Shown in pieces: positions 38,453 through 47,674 of a stretch of 47,674 nt of DNA. Position 1 is the stretch's first letter, and each line of letters opens with the position of its first letter. Source of the DNA: Jimgerdemannia flammicorona. Taxonomy: Eukaryota. A model generated the notes under the pieces. It saw only the letters and a list, made by a program, of their open reading frames with translations, did not search any database and had not been told where the DNA came from. A program made the translations under genes and the position numbers. The DNA lies in NCBI GenBank assembly GCA_003990765.1, contig RBNJ01000044.1:1-47674 (forward strand), in the 5' to 3' direction.

Positions 38453-39502
38453 TTAGGACATCCTCTCGATCAGCTGTTTCGTTTTCGCATCGCTGAAAAA
38501 GTACTCGTACGCGCACGGCCCAAGCAATCTGGACCCAGGCGCCGGTGGTGGGTGACGGACGTCCTCCGTGTACACGATTTCCAGACGAAGATTCGCGCGG
38601 AGCGACATCGGAGGGGAGCAGCTCGTGGACGCGTGGGCGACTCCCCGGGTGCCGTAGGCCGCGTGTGCGAGGATGTTGTTGACGACCAGATCGATCGGGA
38701 TCTCGTCGATAATGTTGTGCCCTTTCTTGCTGTTGGCAGATGCCCAGATAGAGACCGGGCTGCGGTAAAGATGACGAACACGGTGCCAGAGCTGGGGGAT
38801 GTCGTCACAATCTCGAACCCCGGATAGGGTTCTTCTAATGCTGGGCCGATGCAGGGGGGACGGCTGATTATGAGATGTAGGTCGGGGTAACGTAACGTGA
38901 ATCGAGTAGCCGTTCGACAATGTTTTTGCTGAAGACGTAAGAGTTGACGTGTGCGGAATCGCCAATTTCGAGGTCTTTTTGGAGAACTCTTTCGGGATTG
39001 CCGAAGGGGTGATTGCGGACTTCTTCAGGGGCTAACATCCCAGAATGGAGGTAAGCGGGGTAAGCGGTCGAAAGGTAGATGAAACGCTCAAGCTTGCAAA
39101 ACGACCTTGCCGCAAGTTCGGCAAGTTTCAGAGAAACTTGGATGTTGTCGTTGAAAATAGTAACGATATAGAGGCTTTGAGATTGATGTTGGCGGCCGAG
39201 TGGATCACGATCTGAACTGTGCGAGATAGCCGCCCGACCGGCACGGAAGTAAATCCCATTTTCGGGAGACCAATATCGCCAACCAAAGGTGTGACATATC
39301 CAGACTTGAGCATCGCCTCGGCTTGACCAGGAAGGTGCTTCCGCCATGTTTGTTCTAGATGGTCGGTTGAATTTCGGACGAGGACGTAATTCCATGATAG
39401 GTTGGTGCGTCGAAGCAATTTCTCAACCAAGGCCATTCCGACGAAGCCAGTGCCGCCGGTAATGAAGATGATCTTGATGTAGTATTCGGCGATACGCCAC
39501 AT
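38453..39502 (-). pseudogene. Fatty acyl-CoA reductase / male-sterility (NAD_binding_4) family, frameshifted
   Basis: IFITGGTGFVGMALVEKLLR, VIHSAANI, FIYLSTAY, YVFSK and IPIDLVVNNIL are spread over three frames. Confidence 0.85.
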
Positions 39503-40179
39503 TGATGGGCAGTTTGAGCTAACGTGTTAGGGGTTTAAGTGCGGTCCCTGGTGCGCAGAGCGGCTGGTTTGTTTACTACCTCCATACGCCATGATTGACC
39601 TATCCAGGATAGACGCAGCAACGGTTCTCTTCCTTTCCGTCCTCTTGCCGGCGCCACCCCGCGACACGGACGCTACCCCGTACTAGTGCTTCTGTTACCT
39701 AATTCACTCCTAACCTCAGGGCGTGGCTTCCGTCACACCCCTCCCTGCATCGCGTCGCTCGCGACACTGTCCTTGCCAGCACTGCTTGACTTGCCTCACC
39801 AGTCGTGACATCGTACGTCCTGCACTATGGACACTAAAGGATGAAGAACCAATGTGGAAGCGATGTCGACATCAGGCAGGAATTAGTTCAGGAAGGGCCA
39901 TACGCGGGGATTTTTCATGTGATATTGTTGCCTAGAAACACCGTCAGCTCTAGAACCTGGCTCCAAAGTCCGTCTCACTTAATCACCAAGCTTTACGTTA
40001 CGAATATGCAAACAATGCACGTGATAACATTATATAATTAATATGATTAGATCACATACATACAGAATTAAGTTTAATTTACCCACTCGAATTATTATTT
40101 CCTCATACAAGAATCATTTCAACTATTAAAAATATATGCAACGCGCCTCTATTACGTACAAATAACTGCCCCATGCTTC

Positions 40180-40830
40180 CTATGCAGCTGTTACATTCAG
40201 ATTTCTCGTCTCCGTCATATTTAGCGCGACCTTCACCCACCGCTCGCATTCGCTCAACAACTTGTCAACCTCCTCGGATGTAGAATATGTCCTGGCGAGT
40301 GGGAGGTGCTGCGACACAACGACGCGGTCTGTTATCGAAGTCGATGAGGTGGCCGGGAAACAACGATTAGTCAAAAAAAAAAAAAAAAATGTGGCGCACC
40401 TCTCAAATCTCATTTCCATCCTCACCCCTCAACTTATCCCACCCCCTCACCCAAACTCACTCACCCAGTAAAAGCTTCCGCTCGGTATTGCCTCTGCCTC
40501 CCGACTGCACGCGGCCCAAACAATGGTATCCGCATCCTGGTCGGAGTTGCGCATGGACGACTTGAGCTTGTTGTAGAACCCTGTCATGCTCGTGGCCAAC
40601 CCGGGGGTGTCTACCCAGCCGGGGTGCATGGAGATGAACCCTAAATCGCTGCGTTGGCAAGCCCAGCAATTGGTTAGCTCGCCCTGTGCGCGCTGTAAGA
40701 GGGAGACAAGTCATGGGTGAAAAAATGTTGGCGGAAAGATGGGAGAGGATGGATGGAATAATGAAGGGGAGAACTACATTGTTCTGCGAATACACAAAGG
40801 TACCGTTAAAAAGCGACATTTTGCCGTGCT
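40180..40830 (-). pseudogene. C-terminal fragment of a DHRS12-like short-chain dehydrogenase
   Basis: FNGTFVYSQN, MHPGWVDTPGL, ADTIVWAA, DRVVVSQHLPLART across three exons. N-terminal Rossmann motif not found. Confidence 0.75.
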
Positions 40831-41363
40831 AAAGTTCGGTGACGTCAAGGCGTTCGAGGAGCACACCGGCTGAGGAGATGTTGACTTTCGTTTGTGAGAG
40901 ATAAAGGGTGTGGTATCAATACCGGCAAACGAGCAAGTCACCGCACAACGCTCTTCAAAAAGTATCAAATTATAAAATCGTACAAACTATGCACGCTTCA
41001 AATAGTTTGCGTGCTTGAGGGGGGCGGTATATGTGGGTTTTTGGGTAGAGAACAAGAAACTCGGGAGAAGAAAGAAACGTAGTAGAGAAACATTTCGACT
41101 ATAAATACCGCGAAAAACGATCACCCTCGGACTTCTTGTTCACGTTATCAATGTCTACGTCACCAATAATTAGTTTTGTAAATGCCGCTCTTCGCCAAAT
41201 AATTATATACGATCTAAAAATATTACAATAGCGGCAACCTAAACTATGTCCCCTGCACAGCCACGACAGTAGGCTCAACGATACATTGGGGCCCATCGCT
41301 CGGGCTGGCCTACCAGTCGCGAGGACAGTAAGTGAGTTACTTTAAAGTATGAGCTGGAAAAAT

Positions 41364-41966
41364 TCAAAATTTTACAATCTCAAAGTGCCCATATTCTGCT
41401 GTCCAATGCAGCTTGCGATGTCCTTGACGTTGACGTCTGCCCTGAAATCGGCCCGCGCAACTCCATGACTTCCATATGTCCATGTTTTCAGCAAAGGCCA
41501 GCAGCGTCGATCCATCATTCTTCTTGGCATTGGCATCCGCCCCGAACTCGGCTACAAGCAACCTCACAACTTCCACGTGCCCTTATTCCGTAACAAAGAG
41601 CAGCGGTGTCTATCCATAGTTGTTTTTTAGCGTTTGTATCTGCCCTAAATTCGCCCACGAGTAACTTCACGACCTCGATACTCCCGTTTGCCGTGGCCCA
41701 GTACAATGGCGTCGATCCATCATTGTTCCCGGCGTTGGCGTCCACCCCGAACTCAGCCACGAGCAACCTAATAACCTCGATGTTGCCATATTTCGCAGCG
41801 ATGGCCAGCGGCGTCCACCCCGTTGTCCTTTACCAGGACCTCCGCTCCGAACATTCTTTGTCATTCCCTTTCGCCGTGACCCGGTGCAGTGCCGTCTATA
41901 TCGTTGTCCTTGCCGCCTGCCCTGAACTCCGCCACAAGCAACTTCACCAGCACCTCCTTCACTCAC
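41364..41966 (-). pseudogene. Ankyrin-repeat protein, frameshifted
   Basis: Repeated TPLxWAxxxGxxEVVKLLVxEFGADAN units across several frames. Confidence 0.85.
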
Positions 41967-42700
41967 TTATTCCATTAGAGTGCTTAATAGTTAGGGCATA
42001 GAACAATGGGTATTCCTCACACTACTGATGAATCCGCCGGCAGGGTTAGCGCACTCCTTTTCATTGGGAAAATAAAAAAATGATGAGCTCCCTTCACCGG
42101 GGATGTTAGTATTACGGAAATCAGGAGTTCGACACGGTAGCACATTAGACTTCTTGTCGGAGAGGGGAGGGACGAAACGTTGCCGTCGCAGCGTAGAGAT
42201 TGCAGATGTACGGATCATGTGTCAATGCATCTATACGTTTCACATTTCCAAACGATAATTTATATGCTCTGCATTTCAGGATGTGACAGATGACCTGTTC
42301 CTCTGGACCTCCGAAATGTCTTACTTAGGTCTAGGGCTGCTTTAACAACCCCGCATGCAGATTAGCTGAGAAGTGATGCTTAAATTATGTGCTTCATTGC
42401 TCATGATATGCGTGGCTTCGGTGTACTGGAATCCTCGCAAGTTGAACAATATATTCATTTTACTATATATTGTTCAGGCAACTTGTTCCACAATTAGGAT
42501 ATACGTGGTATGTGTCATGCCCGTTATGATGCCACAACGCCATTTGTGATCGACCATCGGCTATTCGTTTATACAAGATTCGCAACAAAATCCATAAATT
42601 TATTATATGGGTTTGGCTTGCTAATATTTTGTTCCTGCAACTCAATACGAGTTGCCATCCCATTACAAAAGTTTGATGGCTACTTATATTCTACATTTGT

Positions 42701-42732
<32 letters not shown>

Positions 42733-43929
42733 GGGTTTTTTTTTTTTTTTTTTTTTTTGGGTTTGTTTTATTCTCTTTTAACTTGTATTGTATAATTAAT
42801 CACGTGAAATTAAATTTTTGATGGCAAGTCGTTCAATGAGATAACGTAGGCTCCGATTCGTTAAGCATGAATATATGAGGTACTTGCCAAAATATCCGTG
42901 TCTGCGACACCGATTAGTTGAAAGATAAGCCTGAGCACCAAATACCAAATAACGAACTAGACAATCAATATTCCAAGCCAAATGCGGTACATCATAATTA
43001 ATATAAATGGCAAGTCTGCCGATATGCAAGTTACGCAAATTTGAAAGGTTGATCAGCTGGATCGAATCACCCACGTTCAAACAGTCACACGACATGTCTT
43101 CGACTCGGCTAGAGCACGGGATAATATTTCCTGAAAAATGAATAAATACGAACAAGGTCAACTGCACATTCAAATGGCCACACTGATTTCCGACATATCC
43201 TCGGAGATTCAGCTGGATAAGGGTCGAAGTCTTCTTCTTTTCCTTGACTTACGCTCATGTTACCCAACCCCGTAATTTGCTCTCATCTGGACTAATGACG
43301 ATTCCTACAAACCAGCAGTCATAAAGTGATTTATTCCCACCATCCGACGGGTGGGGTAATATTTCTGTTCGAGGATAATAGCAAATGAGCGGCTAATACA
43401 TATAACTCGCATTCACCCGTACTGATTGGTGTTGGGAGCCTAGATCTGTGGAGCTTGATATCGATTGTGGTTGTATAGCCATGTTGGACAACCGGTTTGT
43501 CCTTGCTTTCAAGGATGAAAGCCACGGCGTGGTTTATGGCCCGCGTTCCCGTCACTGTGGCTATGGCTTGGGTAGAGGCGGGAAATGGAGCCAAGACACC
43601 TCACCTCCAATCGGGAAATGTAGTTTGCGTAGGTTGACAATTTGGGTGAAGAGAACGCTTTCATGTGTCGAAAGAGGCGGAGAAAGATGGGTGTACGGAA
43701 AGGAAGGCAATTTAAAGAAAGAGATGCATCAAATGTGATACTGATTTGACATAATGCAGCGATACTGATCATACCTATTCGAAATTACTCTTATTATTGA
43801 CGGGTACACAGAGGTTATGGCCACCAAGGGACGGAGCTTCTGTTTTAACTGTAAACTCGCTCAAAATTCCGGACTGTCATCAAGGTAATCAAAGCTATAC
43901 TGGGTGATGGTGTCGACTTAATCATAGTG

Positions 43930-44545
43930 TATATAGTTGTGAATGCAGTTGAAACTGCAGCAAAGTGGCCATTGTACCTAACATTCATGTGCTTAACATT
44001 CACCACTCAAACATTCATGCAATACAATCATGTAATCCACCATCTTAGCTTAGTCAGTTTCAATCACTTCTTGTACCCTACCTTAGCTAGCCCAAGTTTC
44101 AGCTGTATGCCCCAAAGTTAACAGCCATATATATAGTACATTTTCCTCCTAGTATTCTGTGGTATTCAACATACTCTAGCAATTGTTGTTAGTAATTTAT
44201 ATTAATCAATTTTACACACTTTTCCCAGATATATCATACTATCTATTCATCTGTCTCAAGACCTAACGTCTGGTCCCCCAGTTTCTATATCTGGTACCCT
44301 ACATATGTCTCTATTGATTCTCAACTTATCTGGCCTATGTATATTATAAAAAGACCAGCTTATCACACTTTGCCACAAATATGACCTCCTTATAGATGGT
44401 CAGAAGGCTGTCTTGATTATATATATTGATGTTAATTGACTTAGCTCTAGCTCTCTAGTTACAGAACTTTTGTTAATGGCCCCAGCACTATGTTCTTATG
44501 ATCATGAAGTTGATATACTGATTGAATGACTACTTTCAGCTAGTG
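43930..44545 (+). mobile_element. Second copy of the SAP-domain-like repeat 5' end
   Basis: Starts atatagttgtgaatgcagttgaaactgcagcaaagtggcc, matching the reverse complement of 23027-23068. Encodes NLSGLCIL*KDQLITLCHKYDLLIDGQKAVL. Confidence 0.65.
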
Positions 44546-44679
44546 GTCCCAAATGAATCAAATCAAACTGGGGATTTTTCAATTCAAATCAAGTTCAAAC
44601 TGAATTGAATTGAGGGTCTGATTTAAACTCTATTTTTCAAAATATAATAACTTAACAAATATATGTTCAAATTTAATAA

Positions 44680-45690
44680 TCTTTAGCTAGCAGAGCTTTC
44701 ATAATTGAATTGGTGATCATATACTCTGTAGAGATATATTTTAAGTATATAGTATCATTTTCTATACATTTGTATACAAAATGATATTGTATATTAATAT
44801 ATTCTATTTTACTATGATGTACTGGGTTCTTGATAAATACAATTATAGACTAGTTATCCTAGCATAGTATAGTATTCTATTTTTTAGTAAATCTAAGTTC
44901 TTTTAATAGTTCACAGAGCCAAATCACTTCCTGTATTACTAATAATAATATCTAGTACTCTACTTTTATTGATGATATTGTTATAGATGATTGCTTGCAT
45001 ATTTTTCACAAAATGACTCTTTGTTATTTTCACTAATATAGAAGAGATACTCAGTTATAGATTGGCAGTCATTGAGATTATCTATCCAATTAGTATTATC
45101 TATATATACCAGATAGCCAGATGTCATTTCTCTTATTATTTCTTCTACTCAATTTAATATTACTATTACCCAATATAAGTATATTATATACTACACCCTT
45201 AAGATATCTGAATATTCTCTTGATAGTACTCTAATATGATTATTATAGTAGAAGGAATACTGTACTACCTTATTTATAATATATAATATATCCGACCTCA
45301 TTCCTAGTATGAGATATATAAGGGAACTAACTACTTGCCAATAGAGTATATCTTTAGTACTATTCTTGACTGGTGTATTGTCATCATTCTCAGAAGTAGT
45401 GTCTGGCTGTCTTAACTTTTCAGAAGTATTCATAGAAGTACCAATGAGCTTGTATTTATTCATATTGAAATATTTGAAGATTTTTTAAGTATATATTGCT
45501 TGCAAGAGATATATGGTATATATATTTCTGTTATATATAATGGATATTCCCAAAAAGAGAAATATATTATCTATATCTGTTATATTGAATTCTTAGCATA
45601 GGGTTTCTTTAACTCTATTAAGTCTATTCTTAATAATAATAATAATTGTATTATCAATCCAGATACCAATGAATACTATACCATTATTAT
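44680..45690 (-). mobile_element. Ty1/Copia RT-RNase H relic
   Basis: YWQVVSSLIYLILGMRSDI (compare YxxxVGSLMYLxxxTRPDI) and INIQYHFVYKCI...MITNSIMKAL (compare HIDIRYHFVRE...ADxxTKAL). Confidence 0.85.
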
Positions 45691-45948
45691 AGTAGTGGAT
45701 ATTTATTATAATGGTGACCCCAGAATGATGACATCAGCACAGAAGACAGTCTTTCCTTGCAAGCCACCAGATTGGAGCACAAGAAGATCATATGGTATAT
45801 AAGATAAACAATGATGACCAACTGTGAATCATTGTGACCACAGTATGGGTATCTTGAGGAATATAAAAGAAGGATCAAGGAACTACAGTAGCAGCAACCA
45901 ATAAGACCCACCAATCCCAAAATAGCTCAAAGACTTACCACAAACAAA

Positions 45949-46797
45949 ATGCCTGCTGCTTACCAAACCTCAAGGTTAAAGAACTACCAAGATATCACAG
46001 TTGAAGAAAGGATGTTCCAAGACATCAGAAGAACCATGAGGATCTGCTCAAGAAGGACTCGTAGTATCAACCTGGGTACTGGTGACTCTTATCATTATAT
46101 TCTCTACCACAATAAAATGAGAACAAGGATCACCATTACTACTGAATGCCTCCAAATGTGACAGGAATATGAAATAGGAAATCTCCTCTACCAGGAGTTC
46201 TGATAGGCTAGCACTCAAGAGCTATAAGATGCTACTACCATGGATATATACAAAACAAAGATAGCTAAGAAGATCCATCAGATCTTCAGATATGCACTAT
46301 GGTTGATCTCCAACTTAGAGTATGTTAGAGTCTAAGACTTCAGAGACCTATCAGCTCACTATATCAATACACTAGAAGTCAGGGTGGCTACAGAAGTCCA
46401 GTCCACTATCACCCTTGATAGTGATGAAGTAGAAGACTTCTGGCACCCCATTCTTCAGAACAATCCAGACCAATTTCTACAAGAATTAATCTCAGTATTC
46501 CAAGGCCCAAGCATCCAGATTAGACCTCTCTAAGACCCCACATTTGTTTCCTATTTTGTGGAAGAGAATCTCATAGACTGGAGAGCTCCAGATCTCTTTG
46601 TTCCCACTGCCATCACCACTGAATATGATGATGTCATTGGTGATGATGTCATCCCACACAATATACATGAAGTATGTGAAGTATGCAAAATATGCAACCT
46701 ATACAATAATGATGAATTCGCAGACCTCATCTCCTTCAAAGACATCCTGACCTCTGATGAGGATGAAGCCCCTATGTTCTTGAACATTCCACTCTAA
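45949..46797 (+). pseudogene. Retroelement accessory ORF (about 282 aa) homologous to Gypsy ORF3
   Basis: ORF-track pieces 45949-46161 and 46558-46797 are one frame. The gap reads QEYEIGNLL...KIAKKIHQIF...LEYVRV*DF. Confidence 0.65.
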
Positions 46798-46804
46798 AGT
46801 TCTT

Positions 46805-47198
46805 TGGTTACACTGAATTATGCCAGTACTGGCATTCTGATGTAACACCAAATAATACTAGTACTGGCATTCTGATGTGATACCAAATAATGCCAGCACT
46901 AGCATTCTGAGGTAATACTGAATTATACCAGTATTCTGAACCTATACAACCATCAGTGCCAACTCTGGAACTTAGTAGTTTTTCCTGTCCTGGTATTTTA
47001 TTTTAGTTATTGGAATTTATATTTAGCTTTATATGTATCTTAGCAACTATTGAATTATATTTTGTATAAATACCCCTCTTATTTTCTTTGAAATAAAGCC
47101 AGTTCTAGTTTACTTACATACAATCTCTTGCAAGCAATCTAAGAGATAACAAGACAGTTTAAAGATAAGAAGTTTGAGGACTATAAGACCTTGGGAAG
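46805..47198 (+). mobile_element. CpG-depleted LTR-like segment
   Basis: TGTATAAATA followed by AATAAA at about 47063-47097, as in the other LTRs. Boundaries uncertain. Confidence 0.5.
46810..46940. repeat. 35-bp tandem repeat, about 3.6 copies, with internal palindrome
   Basis: Units begin at 46810, 46845, 46880, 46915; core atgccagtactggcat is self-complementary. Confidence 0.85.
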
Positions 47199-47674
47199 TG
47201 TAATAGAATGACGAACGACGAACGACGAGCGATCACATGACCCGGCGATGACGTCATCGTACGATCGAGCGCGACATATGAATAGCGAGTGACGAATGAT
47301 GCGAAACGACGCGGAAAACGATATCCAGCTTATCCCCAACAATCGGCGCCACAGCAACAGTTGCCACAGCAGCTGATTATTGCCTAGTAATTGAGGTCCT
47401 GATCACAAAGTTGTTTTTACCAAAAACCACCTGACAAAGGTCGCGATCACAAACCTCATTATAGTTACCAAATTAGTCACTTATACTTAGTCAGAAATCG
47501 CGGACCAACTTGTATAAATACCCCCCAGTTTCCATCCGAAATAAAGCAGTTTTAGTTCAGTCCTTGATACAAGAATCAAGTCCCCCCCACACACACACAT
47601 TCCCCTAAGTCTTAGTAATGACATCTAAGTGACTCTAGTGTTTCTGACTAAACTCCAGAAGCCTAGCTAACTTC
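47199..47674 (+). mobile_element. CpG-rich LTR-like sequence, runs off the window
   Basis: Begins TGTAATAG; has TGTATAAATA...AATAAA at about 47511-47545. Confidence 0.6.

Noticed and set aside
42796-43772. Possible spliced gene on the minus strand
   Set aside because: Could not assemble a consistent frame or recognise a domain.
46810-46940. Palindromic 35-bp repeats resembling a CRISPR array
   Set aside because: Units are contiguous with no unique spacers, there are no cas genes, and the context is a eukaryotic retroelement.

Overview
Eukaryotic, intron-rich fungal DNA. An early-diverging fungus (Mucoromycota, Endogonales/Glomeromycota-like) is inferred from the Crinkler genes, short GT-AG introns and transposon types. 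Gene islands of normal composition alternate with sharply bounded AT-rich, CpG-depleted blocks of decayed transposons. Intact-looking genes: a Crinkler (CRN) gene with a P-loop NTPase (runs off the left edge), NHP6 (HMG box), an ammonium transporter and a small two-exon orphan. Damaged genes: a second CRN with a restriction-endonuclease-like C-terminus, a TM-RING-H2 ligase, a fatty acyl-CoA reductase, a DHRS12-like fragment and ankyrin repeats. Mobile DNA: a complete 6.7-kb Ty3/Gypsy element (LTRs, CTAT target-site duplication, dUTPase between protease and RT, extra ORF after integrase), plus LINE, Copia and SAP-domain-repeat relics and further LTRs. Most notable: (1) abutting AG|GT splice sites with long AG-free zones in the CRN linker introns, candidate recursive splicing or zero-length exons; (2) near transition-only, RIP-like C-to-T hypermutation between the LTRs, not limited to CpG; (3) an uncharacterised accessory ORF family shared by two different retroelements; (4) a near-identical G-rich LINE 3' tail on otherwise diverged copies. 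All alignments and counts were done by eye.
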